DNA from: an uncultured delta proteobacterium
Lineage (GTDB): Bacteria > Desulfobacterota > Binatia > UBA9968
NCBI GenBank assembly: GCA_963737905.1
Contig: CAVTUQ010000026.1
Span: 64,001 to 128,000 of the forward strand
DNA length: 64,000 nucleotides
Direction: 5' to 3'
Position numbers and translations under genes: made by a program. Within the stretch, counting starts at the first letter, position 1; each line of letters opens with the position of its first letter. Of the stretch, positions 1 through 11,176 are shown one piece after another. Below the pieces are notes generated by a model. The model worked only from the letters and a program-made list of their open reading frames with translations. It was not told where the DNA came from and ran no database searches.

Positions 1-3000
1 GACGAATTTCCAGTGATCGGTTCCCGCGGCAACTTTTGCAGCTACTTGGCCGCCCCCCTTTGTCAGCATGGGGAACTCATTGGAGTATTGAACGCGCGTC
101 GCATCGAAGTCGCGCCCCTTCACCTCAGCGCAGATTAAACTATTGGAAACATTCGCCGACCAGGCGGTCATCGCCATCGAGAACGTGCGACTGTTCAAAG
201 AACTCAAGAATCGTTGGAGCAGCAGACGGCGACCAGTGAGATATTGGGCGTTATCGCTAGTTCGCCGACGGACATTCAGCCGGTTTTAGATGTTGTCGCA
301 GAAAATGCAGCGCGTCTCTGTGACGCCACTGATGCTGCAATCATTCGTGTTGAGGGCGAATCCTTAAAGGCTGTGGCTAATTACGGATCGCTGTCCGCCG
401 CTTCTGACCCCCCATTCGACCGATTCTCTATACCTGCCCGAGCCATCATTGACCGGCAAACTATTCACATTCATGACCTTGCGGCAGTGCCGGAAGATGA
501 GTTGCGAGCACGCTTTGCTCGAAGTCTCGGCGTTCGTACGGTACTTGCAACGCCGCTGCTCCGTGAGGATGTTTCCATTGGATCTATTCTGATCCGTCGG
601 ACGGAGGTCCGTCCGTTCTCAGAAAAGCAGGTCGCTCTACTGAAGACTTTCGCCGCCCAGGCCGTGATCGCTATCGAGAACGTGCGGCTGTTCCAAGAAC
701 TCAAGGAGTCGCTGGAGCAGCAAACTGCCACGAGTGAAATCTTGGGGGTGATCGCAAGCTCGCCGACGGAAGTTCAGCCGGTTCTTGATGCCATCGCCCG
801 GAACGCAGCGCGGGTATGCGGATCCGATGACGCGACGATTCGCCTGCTTGAAGGTGAGGAGATGATCCCGGCGGCCCATTTCGGGTCGATCCCAATGCCT
901 GGACCTGGCCGGGGAACCCTAGGATGGCGCTCGGTCGGCAACGAGGCTTTGCTCCAGCGCAGGACGATCCACATTCCAGACCTTCAGGCGGAGGCTGAGA
1001 GGTTCCCGGACAGCTCTCACATAGGGCGTGGTATTCGAACCTTTCTTGTCACCCCGTTGCTGCGTGAGGGGAGCGCCATCGGGGTCATCGCCATCCGGCG
1101 CAAGGAGGTCAAGCCTTTCACTGATAAGCAGGTGGTTTTGTTAGAGACATTTGCTTCACAGGCTGTGATTGCCATCGAGAACGTGCGGCTGTTCAAAGAA
1201 TTGCAAGAGCGCAATGCGGAATTGCGGGAGGCGCTGGAGCACCAGACGGCGACAGCCGAAGTGCTCGGCATCATCAGCCGCTCGCCCACCGACGTGCAGC
1301 CGGTCCTCGATGCCATCGTCGAAAGCGCCGCGCGAGTCTGCGGGATCGATGACGTGGTGTTGCGACTGGTTGAGGGACGCGCGACGGTGGTACGCGCTCA
1401 TTTTGGTCCCATACCCGTTGCTGGCCGCGAGATCAGTATTGAGGAGTTGCAGTTTCGCTGGGTTCGCGAGCACGGCGCCCTGCATGTTCCCGACGCCCGG
1501 GCGCAGAACGAATTTACGATGGTAAGCGCGCGAACCTTCTTGATAGTCCCGCTTCGTCAGCAGGGAGAGATGATCGGGGTGCTGGTCGCGCGGCGAATCG
1601 AAATCCATCCGTTTACCCCGGCGCAAATCAAACTGCTCGAAACCTTCGCTGACCAGGCGGTCATCGCCATTGAGAACGTGCGGTTGTTCCAAGAACTTAA
1701 GGAGTCGTTGGAGCAGCAAACGGCGACCAGTGAGATTCTTGGTGTGATCGCCAGCTCCCCGACAGATATACAGCCGGTGCTTGACGCGGTCGCGGAAAAC
1801 GCCGCGAAAATCACAGGATCAGACGATGCCCTCATCTACCGGGTGGACGGCGATAATTTGAGACGGGCCGCGAAGTATGGACCCAGAGAATGGGGACCGC
1901 TCGGAGAAATTGGACAACGGCTCACTCGTGGGACGCCTGCTGGAAGGGCCGTTATTGACCGGCAGGTAGTACATGTCCCGGATCTTCTCGCCGCGCAATC
2001 GGAGTTTCCCGACGTCAGACGACATCTGCAGTACGGCAGTCGGACCGTCCTGTCGACGCCTTTGCTGCGCGAGGGTGTGCCAATTGGGGTGATTCATATG
2101 CGCCGCACCGAGGTCCGACCTTTCTCGGACAAGCAAATCGCCTTGCTCAAGACCTTTGCTTCACAAGCCGTCATCGCCATCGAGAACGTCCGTCTGTTCC
2201 AAGAACTCAAGGAGTCGCTGGAGCAGCAAACCGCGACGAGTGAAATATTGGGTGTCATCGCCAGCTCGCCGACGGACATCCAGCCGGTGCTGGATGCGAT
2301 TGCGGCAGAATGCAGCGCGGTTGTGGAGCTGACGATGCAACGATTCGACTCGCTCGAGGGTGAAGAGATGGTCCTGCGCGGCTGCATTTCGGAGCGATAG
2401 CTATCCCGGGAACGGCGGCGACGAACCTCAGGACTCCGTTCGGTGGGCAACCAGCGTTAGTACGCGCAAGACGATCCACATTCCCGACCTTCGAGCGCGA
2501 GTCAGAACGAATTTCCCGGATAGCTCGCAATGGGTACCGGCGTTCGCGCACTTTTCTTGTGACGCCACTGCTACGTGAAGGGACAGCGATTGGTGTGATG
2601 ATCGATTCGCCGCATCGGAGGTGCGGCCTTTTACCGATAAGCAGATCGAGCTGCTCGAAACCTTCGCCGATCAGGCCGTGATCGCCATCGAGAACGTGCG
2701 GTTGTTTAAAGAATTGGACGAGCGAACCAACGAATTGACGCGCTCGGTGGGCGAGCTCAAAGCCCTCGGCGAAGTCGGTCAAGCGGTAAGCTCGACTCTG
2801 GATCTTGAAACCGTGCTGACGCGAATCGTTTCCCACGCTGTTCAGTTGAGCGGCACCGACGGCGGAGCGATTTACGAATACGACGAGTCCTCGGAAGAAT
2901 TTCTCCTGCGCGCCACCGATCACATGGAGGAAGAACTCATCAACGCTCTGCGTGCTAGTCCGCCGCGTCTGGGAGATGGAGTGGTCGGCCGGGCAGCAGC

Positions 3001-4099
3001 GAGTCGCGAACCGGTCCAGGTCCCCAATATCCTGGAGGAGCGCGGCTACGCGCCGCGCATGCGCCAGTTGCTGGAACGTTTCGGTTTCCGCGCCAGCCTG
3101 GCCGTTCCGTTGCTGCGCGAAGACCACATCATCGGTAGTCTAGTGGTAAGGCGAAAATCGATTGGCGACTTTCGCCCCGAAGTTATCGAGCTTTTGAAAA
3201 CCTTTGCCACCCAGTCTGTGTTAGCGATCCAAAACGCCCGGCTGTTCCGCGAGATCGAGGAAAAGAGCCGCCAGATCGAAGCGGCCAACCGGCACAAGTC
3301 GGAATTTCTCGCCAACATGTCCCATGAGCTCCGCACGCCGCTCAATGCCATCATCGGCTTCTCGGAAGTCTTGCGGGAGAGACTGTTTGGCGAGCTGAAC
3401 GAAAAACAAGCCGAGTACACCGACGACATTCTCACCTCCGGTCGCCATCTGTTGTCGCTAATCAATGAGATTCTCGATCTCTCCAAGGTCGAGGCCGGGC
3501 GCATGGAGCTGGAGCTGGCAACGTTCGATCTGCCGTTGGCAATCGACAATGCGCGCACCTTCGTGCGCGAGCGGGCCACCAGGCACGGCATCAATCTCGA
3601 TGTCTACGTTGACGAGCGGCTTGGAGACTTTGTCGGCGACGAGCGGAAGATCAAGCAGATACTTCTCAATCTGCTTTCCAACGCCGTGAAGTTCACGCCG
3701 GAGGGAGGACGGATCGGAATCAGCGCCAGGCAGACTGACGGCGCAGTGGAAATCTCGGTCAGTGACACGGGCATCGGCATCGCCGCGGAGGACCAGGCAA
3801 GAATTTTCGAGGAATTTCGCCAGGTGGGATCCGACTATGCGCACAAAAGCGAGGGGACAGGACTCGGGTTAACCTTGGCCAAGAAATTTGTCGAACTGCA
3901 TGGTGGCAGGATCTGGGTGGAGAGCGAAGTAGGGAAGGGATCGACATTTACCTTCACATTGCCGATCAACCCTCACCCATTCCCTCTCCCAGAGGGCGAG
4001 GGCTTAGAAAGTAAGGGAGGAAAATTCGAAACACGAAATCCGAAATTCGAAACAATTTCAAATGAGCAAGCAAAAACACAATGTTCCAATCAATCCTGA
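1..4099 (+). CDS. Multi-GAF sensor histidine kinase (>=7 GAF domains, HisKA, HATPase); 5' end outside window, broken by frameshifts at ~210 and ~2300-2620
   Basis: Repeated GAF units ending [19 protein letters not shown] and starting [18 protein letters not shown] in ORFs 214-2400 and 2621-4099; H-box [14 protein letters not shown]-box [11 protein letters not shown] boxes DTGIGI and GTGLGL; no hydrophobic segment visible. Confidence 0.9.
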
Positions 4100-4190
4100 T
4101 TCAGATTCGGCGCTTTTGGATTTTCCGAGTTTGAGATTTATTTGGCTGCGGTTTGTTTCGGATTTCAATATTCGGATTTCGGATTTTAAT
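3970..4190. repeat. REP-like hairpin (CCCTCACCC...GGGCGAGGG) followed by inverted heptamer arrays (AAATTCG/AAATCCG ... CGGATTT)
   Basis: ccctcacccattccctctcccagagggcgaggg at ~3970-4002; aaattcgaaacacgaaatccgaaattcgaaac at ~4022-4053 mirrored by gtttcggatttcaatattcggatttcggatttt at ~4155-4187. Confidence 0.7.
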
Positions 4191-4280
4191 CGTGTTGAGC
4201 TTGGCGCTTGGCGGGAGATATATCCGGGTTTGGAAAGGAGGATGTCGCGCAAAGATGATACTTACAGAAGGGAGATTGAT

Positions 4281-4691
4281 ATGAAAATCGACGGCGGTTG
4301 CCATTGCGGCAATATTACCTATACCGCGGAAATCGATCCCGAAAAAGTCGGTATATGCCATTGCACGGACTGCCAGACACTTTCCGGGACAGCATTTCGC
4401 ACGAGTGTGCGCGCAAACAACGACGCGTTTCAGTTGAAGGGCGGTCCGCCCAAGATCTATGTCAAGACCGCTGAAAGCGGCGCCAAACGCGCCCAGGCAT
4501 TCTGTCCGGAGTGTGGCACGCCGATCTATTCGGCGGCGGTGAAAGACCCGGATACTTTCAATATCCGCGTCGGGACCATACGGCAGCGGGCCGAGCTGAG
4601 GCCCAGGTCGCAAGGCTGGTGCCGGTCCGCACGAGACTGGGTGAATGATCTGCAATCGATAAAGCAGTTTGATAAACAGCGGGGCGGTTAA
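4281..4691 (+). CDS. GFA/CENP-V family Zn-binding protein
   Basis: GGCHCG, CHCTDCQ and FCPECGTP motifs; RBS GGGAG before ATG 4281. Confidence 0.9.
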   Translation: MKIDGGCHCGNITYTAEIDPEKVGICHCTDCQTLSGTAFRTSVRANNDAFQLKGGPPKIYVKTAESGAKRAQAFCPECGTPIYSAAVKDPDTFNIRVGTIRQRAELRPRSQGWCRSARDWVNDLQSIKQFDKQRGG

Positions 4692-4907
4692 GGCAGTGGG
4701 TTGCGCTGGCCTACTTGGCCACTCTCGCTAAGCCAAAATCCGTTCGGAAATTAGCCCGATCGACCGTTTACACTTCAGGCGAAAGCCTGGGCTGTGAAGG
4801 GCACGGTTTGGCGTTAGGGATGGTGATCAAGTGCTCTACGGTAGGGCGTTTTCGAGGTTGACACCTGAAATCCGTGCTCATAGACTTTGACTACTGAGGG
4901 AACTGAT

Positions 4908-5189
4908 ATGCGTTCACGTGCAGGGTCTCGACGTTTACAAAAGAAAAATGGGCGAGTAGAGAAAACGATACGAGAGTGGGAAAGATCATATCCGGATATG
5001 TGGATTCTCTTAGAGGTGACGGAACAAGTCAATAATGAACCGGTGCGCGGAAAAGTGATCGCGACTGCCGGTGATCCGGAGGAGTTTCAAACGGAATGGA
5101 AAAGACACCGGGGAAAAGGTGTCCTCACAATGCTGACCTACGGTCCTCCGCTCGAGCCTGGTCCGGCGGTGGTGGCCAGTGCCACGTAG
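4908..5189 (+). CDS. Small hypothetical protein (DUF5678-like), overlapping a downstream aspartyl protease
   Basis: YPDMWILL...GKVIATAGDPEE pattern; overlaps next ORF. Confidence 0.55.
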   Translation: MRSRAGSRRLQKKNGRVEKTIREWERSYPDMWILLEVTEQVNNEPVRGKVIATAGDPEEFQTEWKRHRGKGVLTMLTYGPPLEPGPAVVASAT

Positions 5190-5556
5190 CTGGGCATCAT
5201 TTCCTCCTAATTCTCTGCCCGTTATAGCCCTTCGGATCAGTGATGTCATCATCAGGGCTTTGGTCGACACTGGCGCTTCTCAAAGCTTGATTGATCCCCG
5301 TTTAGTCAAACAACTCAGCCTTCAAGAAGACGGTCGCGGTTGGATTGTCGGCGTTGGCACAAAACCGCTCCAGGTCTCACTCGTATCGATTGAAGGTGCG
5401 GCAATCGGTCGTTGTATTCTGAATTCTTTCAGAGCGGGAACATTGGATTTGACCAATCTGAGGATCGGTGTCCAACTGATTCTCGGTATCAATTCCTTTG
5501 AAGGGTACCGTCTGCAATTCGATCTAGCAAAGGGGCGGCTCCATCTTTTGTCATAA
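5179..5556 (+). CDS. Retropepsin-like (clan AA) single-domain aspartyl protease
   Basis: ALVDTGAS catalytic motif and C-terminal LILG motif. Confidence 0.85.
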   Translation: MPRSWASFPPNSLPVIALRISDVIIRALVDTGASQSLIDPRLVKQLSLQEDGRGWIVGVGTKPLQVSLVSIEGAAIGRCILNSFRAGTLDLTNLRIGVQLILGINSFEGYRLQFDLAKGRLHLLS

Positions 5557-5752
5557 GGATAGACTGAGCGTTCGGACACACTTGTGAGGCTCAACATGGA
5601 AACTTGCCCAGTGGCGGGCGTCAGTTCTTCCTTGCGTACTCTTGATGAGATGAGATAGAAGTTCCCAAACGTGTGTTTAACACTACAACACTTTTGATTC
5701 TGGTGACGTAACCGCCATTGGTTGAATTGAGATGAAGGATAAAGGCGGAAGG

Positions 5753-6712
5753 ATGAAGGTCCGGATCGGCATCAGCCTGGGCGACGGTGCGCTGGACACC
5801 GCGTCGCCGGATAGTGTTCTCGAGTTTATCGACGATTGCGAGCGCTGGGACATCGACTCGGTGTGGGTCAGTGACCGCATCGCTGCCCCCAGGCCGACCC
5901 TCGAGCCCGTTGTATTTATGGCTTACCTGGCATCGCGCATGCGCAACATGAAGTTCGGCACGAGCGCCCTTGTGTTGCCGACCCGCCATCCCGTGGTGCT
6001 TGCCAAGCAGCTTGCTACGCTCGATTTTCTCTGCAAGGGAAGGCTTCTGCTTGTCGTGGGCATCGGCGGCGATGATTCACGCGACTTCGAGGCGACGGGG
6101 GTGCGCAAAGAAGAACGCGGCAAACGGGGCGATGAAGCGATCGTGCTGATGAAGAAACTGTGGACCGAGGAGCAAGTGACCTTCGAGGGACAGTTCTATT
6201 CGGTTCGTGATCTAACCTTGCTTCCACGGCCTTATCAAACAGGCGGACCGCCGGTTTGGGTCGGTGGCCGTAGCAAGGCCGCCTTTCGACGCGCAGGGCG
6301 TCTCGCCGACGGTTGGCTCGTTTCGTCCGTGACCCCGAGCGAAGTCGCGGCGGGCATCGAAGCGATCCGCAATCACGCCACGGAGGTTGGGCGGGAGATT
6401 CCTGAAGATCATTACGGAGTTTTAGTTCCTTATGTTTTCGCAAAGGATACCGAAGACGCTTTAAAAATTGCCGGCCCTTCCATTCGCAGGCGGCAAGACA
6501 TCCTTCCGTCTGATTACTCTGCCCTGGGCACACCGGACCAGGTGCGGAGAAAAATCCAAGAGTATATCGCCGCCGGCGCTACCAAGTTTGTCATGCGTCC
6601 CTACGGTCCAAAGGAAACGCATAGAGAACAAGTGCGAATTCTTGCCCAGGAAGTAATTCCGCCATTGCAGACGCCTTTCAGTCCGGCTGAGCGCGGCGAA
6701 CGATTAGGTTAA
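5753..6712 (+). CDS. LLM-class (luciferase-like) flavin-dependent oxidoreductase
   Basis: SVWVSDR, LPTRHPVVLAKQLATLD, PPVWVGG, RAGRLADGW motifs. Confidence 0.9.
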   Translation: MKVRIGISLGDGALDTASPDSVLEFIDDCERWDIDSVWVSDRIAAPRPTLEPVVFMAYLASRMRNMKFGTSALVLPTRHPVVLAKQLATLDFLCKGRLLLVVGIGGDDSRDFEATGVRKEERGKRGDEAIVLMKKLWTEEQVTFEGQFYSVRDLTLLPRPYQTGGPPVWVGGRSKAAFRRAGRLADGWLVSSVTPSEVAAGIEAIRNHATEVGREIPEDHYGVLVPYVFAKDTEDALKIAGPSIRRRQDILPSDYSALGTPDQVRRKIQEYIAAGATKFVMRPYGPKETHREQVRILAQEVIPPLQTPFSPAERGERLG

Positions 6713-6831
6713 TACAGGAACCACAAGAGGCTATGTTCGAGGTCGCGGCAGCCCATCTTCTTGTACAGCACGCAACATGCGAACGAATGTTGCGGTTTGC
6801 ACGAGCGAAAAATACGCAGGAGGATAAGAGC

Positions 6832-7233
6832 ATGAAAATCGAAAGAGTAACCAGCCCTCATGTCGCGGAACCGCCGCCGGGTCGATGGTCCAATGCTTTG
6901 CGGGTCGGTGACATGCTGTTTGTCTCCGGCATGGTTTCCCGCGCCGGCGACGGCAGGACCATCGAAGGCCGCGATGAATACGAGCAGGCGAAAGTGATTT
7001 TCGGCAAGATCCGCGGCCTCGTGGAGGCGGCGGGAGGCGCCATGGCGGACATCGTAAAGGTGACCATTTATGTCGTCAACATCAAGAACAATACCGAAGT
7101 GTGGCGCGCGCGTCAGGAGTTCTTTAGCGGTGATTTTCCATGCTCTACGCTGGTCGAAGTCAGGAGCCTTGCGACCCCCGAGATTCTCGTCGAGATCGAA
7201 GCGATCGCTTGTATCGGTGCCGGCAAACGATAA
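6832..7233 (+). CDS. RidA/YjgF/UK114 family protein
   Basis: LFVSG, IVKVTIY, FPCSTLVEV, LVEIEA motifs; AGGAGG RBS. Confidence 0.9.
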   Translation: MKIERVTSPHVAEPPPGRWSNALRVGDMLFVSGMVSRAGDGRTIEGRDEYEQAKVIFGKIRGLVEAAGGAMADIVKVTIYVVNIKNNTEVWRARQEFFSGDFPCSTLVEVRSLATPEILVEIEAIACIGAGKR

Positions 7234-7305
7234 GGCAGGTGACATCTCCAGCGACAGAATAATAGAACTCAGCGCATCCCACCGACATCCCTCGTCTGGA
7301 GGAAT

Positions 7306-8349
7306 ATGATGAAAATTGATTTTTTCAGAGGTTTGGTGCCGAAACGGAAAAAATCATGTTACCCACTGCCGGTTGTGCTCTGGTTCTTGCTGATGCTCTC
7401 TCTTCCTGGCACTTCGAGCGCCGCGGATAAACTCGTTTTCGGCTGGAGTGCCATCGCGGGTTCCCAGGCGGTTCCGTGGATTACGAAAGAGGCGGGGCTT
7501 TTCGAGAAGCATGGGCTGGACACGACGCTCATCTATCTGGACGGAGGATCCAGAGCGATTCAGGTCTTGCTTTCGGGTGAGGTGCCTATCGTTCAAGGCG
7601 GCGGCAACTCGCCGGTCGCGGCGCGCTTGCGCGGCGGTGATGTGACCTTGATCGCGGGTATCGTGAATGTCCTTGCCTACAGTTTGATCGTCCATCCGGA
7701 GATCAAACGGCCGGAGGATCTCCGCGGCAAGAAATTGGCGATTAGCCGCTATGGCTCCAATTCGGACTATGCGACGCGCAAAATTTTGATCAAGTGGGGA
7801 CTTAAGCCGGACACGGATGTTGCCATCATCCAAATTCCCGGAGGTCAACCCACAAGACTTGCCGCGGTACAGAACGGACAGGTCGCCGGGCTCGTTGCGC
7901 AGCCGCCGGTGACGGTGCTTGCGCGCAAGGCGCGTCTTAACAGTCTTGCGGAGCCCTCGGACTTTGGCAGCGCCTATACGAACACACCGATCGCTGCCAC
8001 CGGTGCCTTCATTAAAGACCGGAGGGATACTGTCCGGCGATTCACGCGAGCTTTGGTTGAGGGAATCTTCGTCTATAAGACTCAAAAAGAGTTCAGCAAG
8101 CGCGTCATCGCGAAATACATGCGGGTAAACGATCCCGACGCCGTTGAGGATAGCTACCAGTTTTTCTCTCCCGTTGTCCCGTCCAAACCCTACCCGCCAC
8201 TGGATGGGATCAAGGAAGTTCTTTTGGAGTTGGGAGAGAAGGATCCCAAAGCCCGCGGCGCAAAGCCTGAAGATTTTGCGGACTCGAGCTTTGTGAAGGA
8301 GCTGGATGATAATGGTTTCATCGACGGGCTTTACAAAAGCAAGCGATGA
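7306..8349 (+). CDS. NMT1/SsuA-like ABC substrate-binding protein
   Basis: Signal peptide; GLFEKHGLD and DLRGKKLAISRYGS motifs. Confidence 0.85.
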   Translation: MMKIDFFRGLVPKRKKSCYPLPVVLWFLLMLSLPGTSSAADKLVFGWSAIAGSQAVPWITKEAGLFEKHGLDTTLIYLDGGSRAIQVLLSGEVPIVQGGGNSPVAARLRGGDVTLIAGIVNVLAYSLIVHPEIKRPEDLRGKKLAISRYGSNSDYATRKILIKWGLKPDTDVAIIQIPGGQPTRLAAVQNGQVAGLVAQPPVTVLARKARLNSLAEPSDFGSAYTNTPIAATGAFIKDRRDTVRRFTRALVEGIFVYKTQKEFSKRVIAKYMRVNDPDAVEDSYQFFSPVVPSKPYPPLDGIKEVLLELGEKDPKARGAKPEDFADSSFVKELDDNGFIDGLYKSKR

Positions 8350-8373
8350 TCGCCTCGGAAAGTACCTGGTGCG

Positions 8374-9213
8374 ATGACTGACAAAGGAAACGAAAAACGC
8401 GAAGAAAGCCTCCGCGTATTTAGCCAAGCTGCCACCATTTATGACCGGATCGGTCCGGGAATTTTTTCCCATTTCGGTAGACGGCTTATTGATCTCGCTG
8501 AAATTAAAGCTGGCGCCAATGTGCTTGACGTAGCGGCAGGGCGAGGGGCGTTGTTGTTTCCGGCGACTGCGAAGGTTGGACCTGCTGGGCATGTTACTGC
8601 TATCGACTTTTCGCCGGATATGGTGCGGGAGACCGCTAAAGATATTGAGAGCCATAAATTGCATAACGCTGAAATCCGTCAGATGGACGCCGAACAAATG
8701 ATTTTTTCGGACGCGTCCTTCGATTAGGTCGTGTGCGGCTTTGCGCTATGGATGTTCACTGAACCCGCGCGCGTTCTCCAGGAATTTTACCGTGTACTCA
8801 GGCACGGCGGGCGGATCGCGCTTAGTACGTGGGCGGCGGACAATCCATCTCAGGTTTGGTGTAATGAAGTGCTGCGGCCCTACGTGCCGGCGCCCGCGTC
8901 AAAGGCAGTGGCTTCGAAGGACGACTCCAGGTTCGATATGCCCTTGCAGTTAGAAACGGCGCTACGAGATGCCGGTTTTTCAAGTATAGAAATTACCGAG
9001 GAACAAAAAGATTTCGCCTATGCCAGCGAGGAAGACTTTTGGCAATCTCTTTGGTCGGCTGGGATACGACGGCAACTCGAAAAAATGACGCCGGCGGGAC
9101 TTGAACAGGCCAAGAGCGACGTGTTTCAAAAGTTGCAGGCGATGAAGAAACCCGACGGATTCCACAAGCGGAATCATGCTTTATTCGCCTTCGGTACAAA
9201 GCCGGTTGTGTGA
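8374..9213 (+). pseudogene. Class I SAM-dependent methyltransferase interrupted by an in-frame TAG (8725-8727)
   Basis: VLDVAAGRG motif I; SFD*VVCGFAL continues in the same frame into ORF 8731-9213. Confidence 0.8.
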
Positions 9214-9274
9214 TGCGGAGATTTCTAGTGAACGAGCGTGCCTTTAAATAAGACCGAAAATACGTTGATCGGTG

Positions 9275-9730
9275 ATGAAAAAGATTACGTTGCAGAACTA
9301 CGTGACTGACAAATACTATCCCAAGATAGTCAAAGCTGTCGACAACGAGTTAAAGTCTCAAAACTTTGTCGCACCGATCCGGGTATTTGTCTCGATGGGA
9401 TTGCTTGACGCGCAGGACATCGATAACTGGCGAAAAGGACGGGTGCCATACCTAGAGAAGGCCATAAGATGTAATCTCGCAAAAGCCAGTCGCATTCTGC
9501 GAATTCTTCGATTCCATGCTCACGACTTGAATCTCAAACCGTCCGTTACTGTATACCGGAGGAGAACTGCCGGCGGCAAGATCGATCTACGATTTTCCAA
9601 ATACGGGGAGAAAAATATCGAGGAGGCGTATTCGAGGCATTTTGTTATGCTGGGCAAGTCAAGCGCGATAACAGCTTCAGCAAGGAGCGTCAGGCCGACT
9701 CTTATAGCCAGCGCGGGAGAGTCTTCATGA
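9275..9730 (+). CDS. Basic hypothetical protein
   Basis: ~150-aa ORF overlapping next gene by ATGA; no recognised motif. Confidence 0.65.
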   Translation: MKKITLQNYVTDKYYPKIVKAVDNELKSQNFVAPIRVFVSMGLLDAQDIDNWRKGRVPYLEKAIRCNLAKASRILRILRFHAHDLNLKPSVTVYRRRTAGGKIDLRFSKYGEKNIEEAYSRHFVMLGKSSAITASARSVRPTLIASAGESS

Positions 9731-10683
9731 GGAAGACCTGTGTAACGTTGCTTACGGGTTTTCTTGTCGCCGCCTCGGTCCATGCCGCCGACAAAATTAG
9801 AATCACTGTCTCCGGACTGAGCGGCCAGTTTATGACTTTTCCTTTGGCGCAGAAAAGGGGTTTCCTCAAAGAAGAAGGGATCGAGGCCGAGATTATTCGT
9901 ATCACCGGCGCTGCCTCCAGAGCTGCCTTAAGCAGTGGCGAAGTGGATTATGGTACTGGCCTTGGCAGCAATATCGGAGGCGCGATGACGGGATTGCCGA
10001 TCAAGGTGGTCGCTTGCTACGTGCCGGCACCGGTGCTCGCCCTGGTTGCGCGGCCCCAGTTCAAATCGGTCCATGACCTCAAGGGCAAGACGGTCGGAAT
10101 TCTTGTCTTCGGGGGCGTTGCTCATTTTGCGGCGCGGACTATCGCCAAGCACTTTGGTTTAGACTCGGAAAAGGATATGAAGTTTATCGCTGTCGGTCCA
10201 GTAGAGGCGCGTTTTGCGGCGCTAACGCAGGGTTTGATTGATGCGACTCTGCTTGCTCCTCCTTTAGATTCCGAGGCAAAAAAACGGGGCTTTAACGTTC
10301 TTGCCAGGGCGGATGAAATCTTCATCTTCCCCGAGACCGGGCTTGTATCAGGCGTGAAGAAAATCCATGACAAACCGGATGAGGTCAAGCGGGCCATTCG
10401 CGCGGGGATCAAGGCCACCCGCTACATTCGAAGCAATCGTGACGGAACCATTCAGTTTATAATGGAGTGGCTGAAGGTGAATAAAGATGTCGCCACAGCC
10501 ACCTATGACGGGGTGTCCAAAGTCTACAATGACGATGCGGGCGTATGCGAAAAGGGACTTCGCCTGGTGATCGATGAGACGAGGAAAACCTTGAAGATCA
10601 ACCGAGAAGTCCCGCTCGCCGATGTTGCCGATCTCTCGATTCTGAGGGAGGCGCAGAAGGAGTTGAGAACCAAGCCAGAGTAG
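9727..10683 (+). CDS. NMT1/SsuA-like ABC substrate-binding protein
   Basis: Signal peptide ending VHA; GFLKEEGIE and DLKGKTVG motifs. Confidence 0.85.
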   Translation: MRKTCVTLLTGFLVAASVHAADKIRITVSGLSGQFMTFPLAQKRGFLKEEGIEAEIIRITGAASRAALSSGEVDYGTGLGSNIGGAMTGLPIKVVACYVPAPVLALVARPQFKSVHDLKGKTVGILVFGGVAHFAARTIAKHFGLDSEKDMKFIAVGPVEARFAALTQGLIDATLLAPPLDSEAKKRGFNVLARADEIFIFPETGLVSGVKKIHDKPDEVKRAIRAGIKATRYIRSNRDGTIQFIMEWLKVNKDVATATYDGVSKVYNDDAGVCEKGLRLVIDETRKTLKINREVPLADVADLSILREAQKELRTKPE

Positions 10684-10711
10684 TGCGAGCTCAGCAAAAA
10701 CGGAGGTGAAT

Positions 10712-11170
10712 ATGAGGGACAAGGCGATTGTCTTCGAGCCAGGCGAGGGCAAAGTGCTTAGCGCCCGAGGAAGCACGATGTTCTTCAAAGCCACTCACGC
10801 CAGCACGAACGGGGCGTTTTCGTTCATGGAACGCACGCTCCCTCCGAGCGGCAGGAAGCCGCCGCCTCACATTCATACCGATTGTGAAGAAGCCTTCTAC
10901 GTGCTCGATGGAGAAATAGAATTCTTTCTTGGTGACGACACGATTATCGGCCGGCCTGGATCGTTTGTGTTGGTGCCGGGAGGCGTCTCGCATACCTTTG
11001 GCAATGCGGCCGCGGCGCCTGCCCGCCTGCTGGTCATTCATGCGCCGGCGATGGACGCTTACTTTGAAGAATTGCAGACGCTGTGGTCCGGGCAACTTCC
11101 CCCCAGTCCGGCAGACGAGAGAGCGCTGATGAAACGGCACGGCATGGAGCCAGGGGCAATCAAAAAGTAA
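10712..11170 (+). CDS. Cupin domain protein
   Basis: PPPHIHTDCEEAFYVLDG and VPGGVSHTF metal-binding motifs. Confidence 0.9.
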   Translation: MRDKAIVFEPGEGKVLSARGSTMFFKATHASTNGAFSFMERTLPPSGRKPPPHIHTDCEEAFYVLDGEIEFFLGDDTIIGRPGSFVLVPGGVSHTFGNAAAAPARLLVIHAPAMDAYFEELQTLWSGQLPPSPADERALMKRHGMEPGAIKK

Positions 11171-11176
11171 AGGGGA

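Noticed and set aside
1-3250. Diversity-generating retroelement or CRISPR-like array in the repeated linkers
   Set aside because: Repeats are coding with synonymous variation, not adenine-specific; no reverse transcriptase or cas gene in the window
7354-8697. 447-aa minus-strand ORF (and similar long antisense ORFs such as 2255-3127, 15028-15723, 49236-50009)
   Set aside because: Shadow frames of well-supported genes on the opposite strand, with no recognisable motifs
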